From: Fistulifera solaris
Taxonomy: Eukaryota
Assembly: GCA_030295235.1 (NCBI GenBank)
Contig: AP026148.1
Span: forward strand, 806,001 to 838,839
Length of the DNA stretch: 32,839 bases
Direction: 5' to 3'
This document shows positions 10,904 to 22,528 of the stretch, piece by piece. The notes under the pieces are model-generated. The model was not told where the DNA came from and did no database searches. It saw only the letters and a list, made by a program, of their open reading frames with translations. The translations under genes were made by a program, and so were the position numbers. Within the stretch, counting starts at the first letter, position 1. Every line of letters begins with the position of its first letter.

Positions 10904-13162
10904 TCATGCCCAACCCAATCTTGCCCAGCTACTTGTCTCAGCAATTCCTGCTTCGTTTACCACTCTTCTCCTTACCGTTGCGTTCGGAGTCGACGATTGA
11001 GGACAGTTCAAACAACAAGCACATGCCACTTCGCCTGGACAGTCAGCATAAGCTTCCGCGCCGCCCGCTACGATAGCCGCACATGTTGCGTCGCTGATGA
11101 AGCCCGACAGCTCATTGCCGCGAACATTCAACATCGATAGGCTGCTTAAAGCCCCCAAGTCGGGGACTGGTCCAGTTAAAAAATTATTTTGTAATTCGAG
11201 GTTTTTCATGTCCGTCAAGGCGACAAGTGAAGAAGGGATAGTACCGGTCAGTTCATTATCCGAAAATCTCAGCCCAGCCTTGATTAGCTTCAGATTACCG
11301 AATTCATTCGGGATAGGACCAACGAAGTTATTATTATTAACCCAAACGCCTTTGGCATTAACCAGTAAGCCCAACTCTGTGGGGATTGTTCCTGTGAGAC
11401 TGTGACATGAAATAACAAGCTTGGGTTAGATACGACGTCTCATTCGTCCTTACTGAGTAAAACTCACCGATTGGCGTCCACGCTGAGCTGGAGCATACTT
11501 CTCAAGCTTCCCACTTCGGTTGGAAGAGGACCAGTGAGATCGTTCTTACGAAAGGAAACTTTTGTTGAAGATGTCAGCAAACCAACGGTCGTAGGAATCT
11601 TTCCGATTAATTTACATCGTTCCATCAACACCAGCGTTGCACGAGGCCATTCGAGGAATAACGAAGATGGAATAGTAGCATTGCTCATGTCATGGTTCTT
11701 GATAACAAATTCCCGAATCGTGGTCAGCTTGCTAAATTCTGGAGGTATAGTACCCGTTATTTTGGCGGCGCCTGTGGGATCGTTCACAATGGATAAAATC
11801 TCTAAATTGGTCAAAATAGATAGTTCCGCAGGCAAAGTGCCACCAATGTTGTTTTTGTCAAACACCAGTTGCGAGACATCCGTGGGGCTCGTATTCCCAT
11901 TGCAACTGGTTGTCTCGGGAGCGTCCGTTTGCCACAAACATTCATCAGAAGCAGAAAGCCAGTTTTCTCCCCGCGTCCATGTATCACCATTCGTACTGAA
12001 ATAGAACACCGCTAAGGCATACCGTTGAATCAACCGAGCATCCAAGTTGGGTTCGATGTCCTGCAAAACAATGTCTTCCTCAAGCCACAGATACGCTCTA
12101 TACTGCGGAGTACCCTCGAGACGAATACTGGCACCCTGATCATTGGTGAAAAATGTCGACAACCGAGTAAAAACATCGGGGAATCGAGCCGTAAAGCCAT
12201 CACTTTCGGTAACATTGGTGGGTAGTATCGTAGGGGCGAAAGATTGTGGACTATTTGTGGGCGCTGTTTCTGCTGCAACCGGAGCTTTCGTTGGATTTGG
12301 GGCTACTGGAGATACTGGGGCTAGAGTTGGCGCATCTATGGGCGAAGGCGATTGCGTATCCGGCTCAGGAACAACGATTGTAGTTGTCGGTTCCTTGTCT
12401 TGATTGGCTTGCTGAATTGCAAACGCCATCACTGTTCCCACAATAGCCAGTAAAAGTACGACGCCCAAGAAGAGAAAAAATGAACCATGTGCGCATACTC
12501 GACTTATCTGCCTCAATTTCTTCAATTTCTTCCAATGGATACTCCGATTCGGATGCAAAGGACATTCCATCTCGATAAAATGGCATGGGCGGCGGTGTGG
12601 GGAGCGAACTCACACTGCGAGACGACGATGTTGTCGACCGAGGCGGCCCTCTCACACTCTTGGAAGGCGATCGCATCGATTTGAAGGGCGAGGAATCGTA
12701 ACGTGACCGTCGAGGCGAGAGTGATCGAGAACGGGTAGTAGAAATTGACGATGACCTCATCGGAGATCTCATGCTGCGCGATGGAGATTGATAGGGCTCA
12801 TCAAAGGATCTCGTACTTCGTGAGGGCAATTGATACGTTTTGGGTGGAGAGCTTGCACGAAAACCTTCATCTGGCTGCTTCGCATTTAGGTTGCCTGAAG
12901 GAGATTCGTACGTTTTGGGCGGCAAATTGGGTTGAATTTGTTCCTCGTTAGGTGCCTGTGAGATGACACGCGCTGTCGCTCGAGGAGGCGCTGATTGAAG
13001 AGTCGAAATCTGATGATGCGTTTTTGGCTGCGGCGCCTGAGTTGTTTTCGGAGATTGAGGTGGCGTTATAGGGAGCTCCATGGGTTGGTTCGGTTGCCGC
13101 AGAGGAGAATTATTTCCGGAAAACGTTGCTTGACTTGGGTCGACAGTTTCGTTAGAATTCAT
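10904..13162 (-). CDS. Single-pass membrane leucine-rich repeat protein (diatom type); intron 11400-11467; apparent +1 frameshift near 12475-12480
   Basis: S/P/R-rich N-terminus, TM helix 'FLFLGVVLLLAIVGTVMAFAI', P/T stalk, 'QRYALAVFYFSTNG..W.....WLS..DEC.W' cap, plant-type LRRs (N.LTG.IP.E.G.L), C-terminal 'CACC'. Removing one T from a T6 run fuses the two long ORFs. Confidence 0.88.
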
Positions 13163-13872
13163 GAAAATATTTTTAAGTAGTCAATTAATCTCTTTTCATA
13201 GCGTATTTCCTTCCCGTCTTTCTCGACCGAAATGGAAGCTTTCAAGTTATATAACCGATGCAATTGTCGTTATTTGAATCTCTATTTGACTGGTTGATGA
13301 AGAGGTGTTATTCGAGCCACTCATCATTTACCATGCAGACAAAATCCGTCGCGCTTCGCGTTCGCGGTCCTCGACATGCGAATGAGGGTCATTATTCGGT
13401 CACTCGTCACTCGTCAATTCATCAATCGTCACTCGTCACAGTCACAACCAGTGCTCATTATTGTTACAAACCCGTACTGTTGAAGACTTCTAATTTCTTA
13501 TTGCAAACAGATGGACAAGTCTCTTGGGGAAGTCTTAAGCTACACTTTGGATCTATAGCCAAGTGCCGAGTATTTTCTGAGAATTTTGGCGGTCTTTGCT
13601 TCATTGTCGTGACGACGCCCTGTTGTCGACTATAAGAGAAAGTGTCACGATTCCCCCCTCCTAAAATACAAAACCCTTGACGCCCTTGTAAACATGCTGA
13701 TGTGGCTTGACGTAATCATCTACAGTAGAGCTTGTCTTCAACGCATATCTGACGTGGTGCATGCACTGATTTTGAACGATTGCACTGGTGAAACAGAAAC
13801 GCTATCATGGTCAACGGCCGACATTATTACCCTACGAAAACGATCACCTTATGTTTTATCACAATACCGCAA

Positions 13873-14440
13873 ATGGGTCCCTTTCAAGCAATCTTTCGTC
13901 GCAAAACAAAGCTGCATCCCGAGCAAACGGAAAAATTGCAGAAAGAAGAGGAAATAGCGGCAACCTACCATGATTGGACGTCGACGGGCTCACGTGATTG
14001 CTCCTGTTCGTTGCCCCCATGTCATGTAGGTGAGAACTTTCACAGCAAGAATGATGCCCTTCTCCCACTTATTCTGAATCCTTGTTACATTGCTGAAATC
14101 AGAAAAGTTCCTTGACAGCGAGCTGCAGGAGGATGACTGGCGTTGTATAAATGGTGACAAGAAAAATGCAAAACTGGAAACATACGACAATCGAGGAGAA
14201 GAACTGTGGCATAGCGAACGCGAAGCATGGTTAGAGCGATCTGAAAACGCACAGCCTCTCTCAAAGCCACTTTCACTGAAGGGAACGGAAGCGCTGGTGA
14301 AATTTATGAAGGAAAAAGAAGGGGCCCACCCGTTGCCTCGAAGAATACCGCTTTCTTGTATGGTTCGAATCTACAGTCAGCATATCTGGGACAGTTCTTC
14401 TGACAAGAGTTACGATCAGTGTGAGAGACATGTTTACTAA
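13873..14440 (+). CDS. DUF4050 (Gag1-like clamp) family protein A; exons 13873-14029 and 14103-14440
   Basis: 'YDNRGEELWHSEREAW' and 'HPLPRRIPLSCMVRIYSQHIW' resemble the DUF4050 pattern (N.G...W...R..W; P..IPL..MV.....W) as recalled. GTGAGA...ATCAG intron joins the frames. Confidence 0.65.
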
Positions 14441-15052
14441 CTGTGAAAGTTTGATGCAAAAGGGGATTCTGATGAAGAGACGACACCAAAAAAATCATTG
14501 AATGATCTTCCCGTTGACTGGTCTTTCGAGTGCTGATTCGTCAGAACTTTCAGCTACGCGGTCGCTCTTGCTCACTCATTTTCAAGTCAACGAGAAGCTT
14601 CTTGAAACGAACGAGCTTTGACTTTCGATTCATCCTCATGGTTCATGGTGGAAGCTTGATGATGCTCGCGATGGCTGACGCTGACGATGCATCATCTACA
14701 TCGTTGCCCTTTCTTCTCGCGGACTGAGGAACATCGATTTGTGTCGGACATAATGGCTAATTTACTGGTTACGGTTATGATGTATGACGTCATAGTAAGA
14801 GAGTCCGATTGTTGTGAGTTCCAACACTAAAATAATTACCACATAATATAATCCAGTACCAGTTACCAGGCATCCTTATAACGGCTAAATGTCTTCGTAA
14901 CGATTCATGATGAACCAAGACTGGAAAGGATCGTGTCAACAAAGGGAACTTTTCACGTGTTGCGAAAACAGGTAAGTCACGCCATCATGATCATCGCCGC
15001 GCGCCGCATTGCATGATACGGCCATTGCGAGTTTTGTTGCAACACCTACAAC

Positions 15053-15550
15053 ATGTGGAAAAGGATTCGAAAGCAATTGTTTTCTAGCAGTAAGCAAGAA
15101 GCCCGCCATGAGGGAATGGTACGAGGCGAAAAGCAATGGACGATAGAACGGACGAAACACAATCGAAGACGTGTTCGTGAAAAGATGTGTTCTCACACCT
15201 CCGGAACGACATGTCCCGAGTTTTTTTCTTCGGGTCGTACGTTGACGGCCGAAGACATTAGAGCCATCGATAGTTGTAGGGCCAATAAGGAAGAAGATGT
15301 TGCAGAGATGACTCAAGAGAATGGCTGGTGGGTTTCTAAGACAACCGCCGAAGGAAAAGAAGAGCTAGAGTTTCGAAACAAAGGACTCCTGCACTGGGAA
15401 GCCAGACAAATGGAATGGCTACATCGTAGCAATTACAATGAACAATACCGGCGACCAGTCAACGTTGAAAGGAGCCTCTCCTTGGTCGTTTCGATCTGCA
15501 ATGATTTAGAGTGGTCTGATTCGGATAAGCACGATTCGGATAGCTGGTAA
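15053..15550 (+). CDS. DUF4050-like protein B
   Basis: 165-aa ATG ORF with 'FRNKGLLHWEARQMEW' and 'ERSLSLVVSICNDLEW'. Confidence 0.6.
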   Translation: MWKRIRKQLFSSSKQEARHEGMVRGEKQWTIERTKHNRRRVREKMCSHTSGTTCPEFFSSGRTLTAEDIRAIDSCRANKEEDVAEMTQENGWWVSKTTAEGKEELEFRNKGLLHWEARQMEWLHRSNYNEQYRRPVNVERSLSLVVSICNDLEWSDSDKHDSDSW

Positions 15551-15918
15551 GCTGCTTGCAAACATTTGACGTCAACCAAAATGTAATCCATAAGTATAAA
15601 TATTGCGAGGATAACTAGTAAGATGTATTTTTTATAATGGTAAAACCTAAACTTAGTCGGGACTGCCGTTGAGTCGCGGATGTCTTTAGTACACTTTGCT
15701 TCATAGGCATTGTTCTTTCGGAACGCTCACGTTTGCGCGTCGGACTATGGATCAAGAAAGTAGCGGTAAGGTGTCCGAAGTCCACAGGGGCTAGAAAAAC
15801 ACCCCCAAGGGAACAGCAAAGATCGTGAATAAGACAAGACCATCGAGGTTTGAGATTGAGGCCATCATTCATTCAATTTGCTTCTGAATCGTTCTAGCAT
15901 CGTTGCACTCTTTCAACC

Positions 15919-16989
15919 ATGAGCTCGACACTCAATTCCTCTTTCGCTACCTTCAACAATAGCAAGGTTTCCTTCGACGAAGAATCCGTAACTCAGTTTG
16001 GTTACGAACATGAAGATATTGTTGAAGGATTTACAATTGGTTCAAATCGAGAAATACAGACGCGAGTAGGACACGACACGCAGCCGTTACGTCCCATTCG
16101 ACGCAGCACCGTTCAGGAGTCATATTTTCATTATCGTCCCTCGATTTGGTTGTTTGGTTGTGACGACACTGCGCAGGCTTTTACAGGCTGGGCAGGGACC
16201 ATCGCACACGCGTATAGTCAACGTGCAGACGTTTTCAATCGAGGATATGATGGATATAATACGTTGCACGCCTTGCATGTCTTTCCCAGAATTTTCGGCA
16301 AGACGGAACACACAGTCCTCTACGTTACCGTGTGGTTTGGCTTGCACGATGCGAGTCTAGGGTCGAGGCATGTTTCGTTGACAGAATACATTGACAATGT
16401 CAAGTGTATTCTCAAGAAATTTCGCATTCTGCAACGATCAAGCTTTCCCATTTTGCTCCTGACCCCAGCGCCAGTCAATGAAGCAGCGCCTCGCTTTGAA
16501 AAATTATCTGATAGCTACTCGAACGATAGGGCACGCGAATATGGTGAAGCGCTCAAAGAAGTTGCCTCACTTGACGAGAACTGTGCCGTAGTTGATGTCT
16601 GGGAGTGTTTGGATGGTGATTCGACAGAACGTTCCCTATATTTGCAAGATAATGGTATACATTTGAGCGACGAAGGCCACGCAAGAGTCGCCGACGCTAC
16701 TTTGAGTATTGTGAAACGAATATTTCCTTACGCCTATCCAATGGAGTACAATGACGATGGCGAACCTATTCTACGAACAGGAGTCGATCGAGAGCAATCG
16801 ACTTGGAAAGATCTTGTTCGCTACTATACACGTCTAAAACCTTTGTTAATTCTAGACAAAATTCTTCGCCTGACATTTGGGCTAGAGCGCGTGCACTTAC
16901 AGCGCAAGGTTGAAGAATCCTTCCTCGTCTTCTGTTTTATATTCCGCATCAACGTCGTCATCATCGGGGCTAAAATACAGGGCGATTAG
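15919..16989 (+). CDS. SGNH/GDSL hydrolase, IAH1-like, probably catalytically inactive (true 3' end may be near 16820-16850)
   Basis: 'GW...AHAYSQRADVFNRGYDGYNT', 'VTVWFGLHDA', 'ILLLTPAPV', 'DNGIHLSDEGH', 'WKDL'. The GDS block reads GCD. Confidence 0.8.
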   Translation: MSSTLNSSFATFNNSKVSFDEESVTQFGYEHEDIVEGFTIGSNREIQTRVGHDTQPLRPIRRSTVQESYFHYRPSIWLFGCDDTAQAFTGWAGTIAHAYSQRADVFNRGYDGYNTLHALHVFPRIFGKTEHTVLYVTVWFGLHDASLGSRHVSLTEYIDNVKCILKKFRILQRSSFPILLLTPAPVNEAAPRFEKLSDSYSNDRAREYGEALKEVASLDENCAVVDVWECLDGDSTERSLYLQDNGIHLSDEGHARVADATLSIVKRIFPYAYPMEYNDDGEPILRTGVDREQSTWKDLVRYYTRLKPLLILDKILRLTFGLERVHLQRKVEESFLVFCFIFRINVVIIGAKIQGD

Positions 16990-17267
16990 TAACGTTAAAC
17001 TTCGTTCTCGTGGTGCAGCTTGGCCGCATCCGTCGCGCTTGCGCCATTTTTGGCGTCCTTTTTCCCATGCTTGCAACCCTTTATTTACGAACAGTGATGT
17101 TCCATCCTTTACTTGCCACCAATCAGATTCGGTTGCGGAAATAATCTTGAGCTTGTCATCATCGACGGCCGATGACTTGTCTATCTTTAACGTTCGGAAG
17201 ACTTTTGTCGCTTCGCTCCTCGATCGGAACGCAACATGTGTGGGACTTCCCTATTCTTGGCTTTCAT
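16897..17267 (-). CDS. DUF4050-like protein C (absent from ORF track; one apparent 1-nt deletion near 17190)
   Basis: Manual translation: MKAKNREVPHMLRSDRGAKRQKSSER / LKIDKSSAVDDDKLKIISATESDWWQVKDGTSLFVNKGLQAWEKGRQKWRKRDGCGQAAPRERSLTLLIALYFSPDDDD...FNLAL*. Shares WW, FxNKGL..W and ERSL.L motifs with protein B. Confidence 0.65.
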
Positions 17268-18135
17268 CGTTTTATTCTAGCAATGACAAAAATTGGAGCC
17301 TTTTGTTTGTCAAGTTCAATTGCCGTGGATAGGACTTAAAATATAATGTCAAATTGTTGTGATTATTAATTGCAGAAGGCTATATCTTCCAGCGAGAAAA
17401 GGCGGCGTGCGGCTGCCAGCGGCGACGACGACGACAACATACTTTGTAGTCACAACGCGCGATCGCTTCAAGTAAAGCGGAGAAACAAATACTCCGTTCT
17501 CCATTGAACTTTGACACTAGGGTATAATGTAGAAATTGACGCGACAAATTTTGTCACGTTGGGTTTGCACGATCTTGCCGTAGGCTGGGAGCACCTTGCA
17601 CCTTGCGGTATTCTAAGACCGGGTTTCAGTCACGAAGTAAGTTTGCTCGTGAAGCGTGAATCCCTTACCATTTCTAAGAGCCTGCTACAACTAACATAAA
17701 CCTACGTCAACCACCAAATGCTGTCCATTATGATTTTACAGGCCCAGGGTACTTTGCAAGCAATGTTTGATTGTCGAAATTTCGTGGGCTAATTTACTGG
17801 ATTGTGCTCTCATTGAAATAGATGTTCAAGTCCAGTGCTCTGATTCAAGACGGATGAATGATGGTCAATCGAAGCAACAGCTCAAAATTGATATTCTAAT
17901 GCTTACAACGTATAATAATTGATACAACTACCGGGCTGGAGACTATAACTTTTTGTTTCATCATGACTACAGCTCAAACAACACTCCATTAAAAAATCAT
18001 TGAAAAGTTAAATCGGATCAAGTTGACTTAAATTTAATGAAACAAGAAAGGCCAATCCAGCTTTATTAAAAATCACGAAGCGTGCTGATCTGTCATGGTC
18101 AATTTGTACACAATGGTGTGCTCGACGAAAGAGTT

Positions 18136-19296
18136 TCACTGCTCTACCATGCTAATACGGCGCTCGTGTCGGAGCAAGCGAAGCTCGGGCAATTGCCCGC
18201 GCTCGTACCACAAAATGCTATTCTTAGGAAGCGGCGTCCAGGTGTGCGTCTTTGTTAGTGGACAGCTTGCTACAATCAAACAAGCAGTGGTTGGATCAAC
18301 CTCATTATAAAGACGACCAGGACGACTCTCGGCGTTGATCAAGCACATCTTCTTCTCGGTGTAGTCTTCTCCATCCGCAAGACCGTCATCATCCGAACTG
18401 TTGTCATCACTTGTGCTGTTGTTGACACTCTCGGCTTCCAACGTCGCTTCTTCGTGTGTGAGTTCATAATAGAGACGCTCGGCATTCCCAAACGCCATGT
18501 AGAGCGAAGGCGGTGGCACTCGAGGTGACTTGTCACAGAAGCGCGTCGCGACGATCGTATCACCATCCACCAAGCAGAAGTTGAAAGTGCTGTAGGTCGT
18601 ATCGTAGATTCCGGCTTCATCCATGAGAATCTCAATACTTCGTAGAGCTTTCTTCACGGCGTTCACTAAGCGCTTCGCTTCGAAGGGCGCCGTCTGATGA
18701 AACGGCGAGACGCCATCAGGAGAATCCTTTGTCAAGAATGTGAGAATGAGTGCAAAAATACATTCCGAGTCAGTTGTTCCTCTCACTGCAATAAACGCTT
18801 CATCTGTTAACTTTTGCATGAGTGCGCGACGAATCACGGGGAAGTTTTCGATGCGGCCGTTGTGACAAAACAGAAGCCGTCCTGCTTTGAAGGGGTGACA
18901 GTTGACTTGCGAAATCCCTGTAAACGCCGAAGCCGCACGCACGTGAGCGATTAAGCAGCGTGTATACACAGCTTTCACCAATTCATGAAGGTTGAGGTTG
19001 CTCCAGGCCGGCTGGGTGTCCTTAAAGACTGCCGCAACCGTTTGATCTATTCGCTTCGCAGCATCCGCTTTGACAATCTCTCTGTTCTCATCATACGGAG
19101 AAACATGAACTCGTTTCTCGTAATACCAACCAACACCGAATCCGTCGCCGTTCATGACGTGATTGTTGGTACTATCGCTTCCTGGATGAAAGGAAGCGTC
19201 CTTCGCGAGCTGCACGAGAGAATTAGAAGGCGCCAAAACAACATCCGCCAAGCAGACGTCTTGCTGGTTGCTCAAGAGAGCTATCCAGCGACACAT
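18136..19296 (-). CDS. DUG3: Class II glutamine amidotransferase, DUG3/EgtC-like
   Basis: N-terminal MCRW (Ntn Cys), 'NGDGFGVGWY', 'PAWSNLNL', 'AHVRAA', 'NCHPF', 'HNG', 'GTTDSE'. Confidence 0.9.
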   Translation of the reverse strand: MCRWIALLSNQQDVCLADVVLAPSNSLVQLAKDASFHPGSDSTNNHVMNGDGFGVGWYYEKRVHVSPYDENREIVKADAAKRIDQTVAAVFKDTQPAWSNLNLHELVKAVYTRCLIAHVRAASAFTGISQVNCHPFKAGRLLFCHNGRIENFPVIRRALMQKLTDEAFIAVRGTTDSECIFALILTFLTKDSPDGVSPFHQTAPFEAKRLVNAVKKALRSIEILMDEAGIYDTTYSTFNFCLVDGDTIVATRFCDKSPRVPPPSLYMAFGNAERLYYELTHEEATLEAESVNNSTSDDNSSDDDGLADGEDYTEKKMCLINAESRPGRLYNEVDPTTACLIVASCPLTKTHTWTPLPKNSILWYERGQLPELRLLRHERRISMVEQ

Positions 19297-20304
19297 CTTT
19301 AGATCCTCTTAAGATTTAAGGAAAAAAGAATTAAAGGCAACTTCAGTGAAACGAATGAATGAAGCTTTCTTTTGCGGCTCGAATGTGCCGACGTTTCGCG
19401 GGCATTTCCGTGCTGTCGGCTGTCTGTTTCTTTCAAGTTTTCACTCGTCCATTTTCCCTGGTTCAGATTTTTCGTATCGCTAATAGTGTACGGAGTCAAC
19501 GGCGTAACGCCTTCTCCGAGCGTTCATGATAAAAATAGACGTTTCACAAATAAAACCTATTTCAGACACGGACCGATGTACGCGTCAGTGACAATCTAAC
19601 TGACTTCGCGGAATTGAAGTGGTCGATTGTGCAGACTGTACTCGTGGCTCCTTGTACGAACCGTCTTGAGGGAGACCGGTGCTCAAACAAAGCAGTATCC
19701 TTCGATGTGTGGCATGATTATCCATGTGATGAAAGCCTGGTATCGCTTGGTCTTACAAAGACATTGGGGATTTGGGGCCTATCTCGGAATTCGCAAACGT
19801 TCCGATGTTGCAACCGAACATTCGCACCAAGTCCAGAATTTCTGAAAATTCTTTTCATAATCACGAATATCAGTCCGTGACTAACTGAGGCATTTTAATC
19901 TGGGACTCATTTCCATCGTTCGGCGGTTCGGCGTTCGGATAAGAGCAAGAGTCTGAAGGTCAGCAGTGACATCGGACACCCGGTGTTCATTCATTTCGGT
20001 GCCCGGCATTTCAAGAAGAGTACTGTAGCAGTCAAAAAAAGAATTAAAGTAATAAGGAAGTGTTCTTTTGGGCGTCGGAGGGTCGGAAAATAGGATAAAA
20101 AAAGGGAATAGCCTACTTAAACTATCCTAGTAACGTCACCCATGACCCAAGACCGAAACAACGAACAACGGTACGTGTAATACTTTGTAGTAGTAATTGC
20201 GTTCGGTGCGTTGTTTTCTGGGTTTTTTCTTCATTTCTCCGATCTCCGCGATATCCGCAATTATTTATTCATCCTCAATCGTTGTATTATTCAAACTAGA
20301 CACG

Positions 20305-20772
20305 ATGCTGGCACATGAAAAAAAACCTTCGAAACAAATGAACAAAGTGCGACAAGTAAATCAACCAAACCTCAAATCGGGTAATATGTTAAGCAAGCAC
20401 AACATGCTAGGCAAGAGATTATGGCTCGATGTAGAGCAGATGTCGCTGTCAGATCTTCGCATCACAAAGAAACCGGCTGCTTGCTCAGATCAAGACTCTC
20501 CTACAGTGTGCCCAAAGTCATCTGCTTGCACGCTTTGTGATAAAGAAGATCTAGTACTGTCGACTTATACGGTGTCCGGTGTTGTAAGGAAGAAGAGCAT
20601 AGTTGACCAAATAAACCGACCCATGGACCCAGCTTACCGTAAATGCGTATATCGACACGTGTTGCGAACAAACGGGCTAACAATGCTCCTGAGCGCGTCT
20701 CACTTAAAAATATGGTTCAGATATGCCATGCAGTCTGGAATCGAGAAGATGATGATTCGTCCTTCGGAGTAA
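20305..20772 (+). CDS. Hypothetical protein
   Basis: 155-aa ATG ORF between DUG3 and MND1; no recognised domain. Confidence 0.35.
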   Translation: MLAHEKKPSKQMNKVRQVNQPNLKSGNMLSKHNMLGKRLWLDVEQMSLSDLRITKKPAACSDQDSPTVCPKSSACTLCDKEDLVLSTYTVSGVVRKKSIVDQINRPMDPAYRKCVYRHVLRTNGLTMLLSASHLKIWFRYAMQSGIEKMMIRPSE

Positions 20773-20830
20773 AGCGCAATTCTTGAATTTTGAATGTCCT
20801 TTAGACGAAAATACAACATTACTTTAGCAG

Positions 20831-20986
20831 CCAGCATTCACAAGAATCTGTGCGCCTATCATTCTTCTTATTGTTTCTGTAAAAAAAGGCAATAGAAGTT
20901 GTAGACGGATCCAGTATGCACAAGAATCTGTGCCCCTATCATACTTCTCGAATTGTAAAAGAAAAAAATAGCAGTTGTAGACAGAT
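20831..20986. repeat. Imperfect tandem duplication, 80-bp period, 2 copies
   Basis: CACAAGAATCTGTGC.CCTATCAT.CTTCT at 20839 and 20919; both units end with AATAG.AGTTGTAGAC.GAT. Confidence 0.85.
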
Positions 20987-21156
20987 ACGTTTTAGCAGTC
21001 TTTCAATCGCCTTCGCTACCGAATGCGGCCAGGAAAATGGTGCATGAAAGGATAACGCAAGATCTACGTAAATTGACCTACACCAAGTCGAGACTAATGA
21101 GCAGCCAGCCAATGACTACTATAAGACCAACATGGGGACCGCATGCGCCTGGAATA

Positions 21157-21943
21157 TCACTTGGTGAACTTATCCTCCGGATCTGCCACATCAATACGTA
21201 AAGTCGAGTGAGCTAATTGTACTCAATCGAATAATACAGATGCTATGCGAAAACTTACAATCAAAAGAATCGGTAATGCCAAGTAACTTGTTGGCCGCCT
21301 TCTTTCCGAAACCGCGCTTCTTGACCAAGTAGCTCTGTGCATTGAATATGTTATCGGTCCACCGATTCGCCGCCTCGCGACACAACTTGAGCTCATGCTG
21401 CAAATCCGCCAACGCTTGTGGGTCATTTTCTTTCAAAAAAACTAGTTCGGTTTCCAAAGGCTTCATCAATGAAGAAATCTCCTGCAAACGAGCTAATTTT
21501 CGAGCACGAGTCCCGTCGTCGTCCTCTTCACGGCCTCGTTTCGCGTCCGCAAGTTGCGCCTGTGCTTCCGTTAGATCGATTTTGAGTTTCTCAATATTTT
21601 TCAATCGATCTTGGTGCTGCAATTGCATCATTCGATCTTTCTTGGCTGGAAAACTCCAGAAAAAGTTGCTTCCGCCAATCTTGTCTTTGTCGACAAGATC
21701 GTCTTCGACCAGCCCATTATGGACGTCCGTGAAGCTGTGTACGAAAGCAAGGCGAAAATATCACATAGTGAGTATTTATTATGGAGAAACTGAACATTCT
21801 TGATAAAGGACTCACGCATTCGCATTGACACCCGCTTTTGCGGCGAGTACCGACATTTCCTTTTCCGTGTACACTTGCTTTGTGTTGTGATAAATGCTAA
21901 GAATTGTCTTGCGTTTTTCCTCGAGTGACATGCGCTTCGCCAT
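21157..21943 (-). CDS. MND1: Meiotic nuclear division protein 1; exons 21943-21816, 21734-21259, 21182-21157
   Basis: 'MSLEEKRKTIL', 'LVEDDLVDKDKIGGSNFFWSFP', coiled coil, 'NDP', 'AANRWTDNIF', 'FDY'. Two GT-AG introns restore a continuous frame. Confidence 0.95.
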
Positions 21944-22528
21944 GATTTTGTTGCTAAACTATGAAGAAGTTTATAGAATCAATGTACCGAAGAGGAGCAG
22001 AAAGGTTGAATGAAATATTTTGTTTTTGTCATTGTGTTTGCGTTTTCGCATGCTTTGTTATTAATATCATCACGAGGGTGGAGCGTATAAAATGCTTTGT
22101 AAACGAGTACCGGTACCCGTACTGGTACGGTACCTTCCGCACAATGCTTTGGTAAGCTTACCCCTGTATAGAACAAATTGTAGAAGCGCCTTCTGTAGAT
22201 TCAGTCCCGGAAAGTATTGACACAATAAATACTAAAGTAATCAACTATGGAAACTACTACCTACGGTAGAATTGACGACCAAATCTAAATATGAGGAAAA
22301 AACTAGTTGAGAATACAACTGCTCTAACAGGCATCACGGGCTGATAGCCATGGGATGCTTAAAGTGACATGATTTGTGTGACATAGTTTTCTTTGAAAAC
22401 CAATTGCTCAACACTGGTATGAAGGAGGAATATTGTCGTTCGTTGGTAAAAAGACAGCATCTTTGTAACATACACATTTTCTTTTCTGACTGTTGGATAA
22501 TGTCAATGTAGAGGTTGGCCTCCTCCCT

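Noticed and set aside
14440..14760. Possible small minus-strand gene
   Set aside because: Stops in all frames and no recognisable homology.
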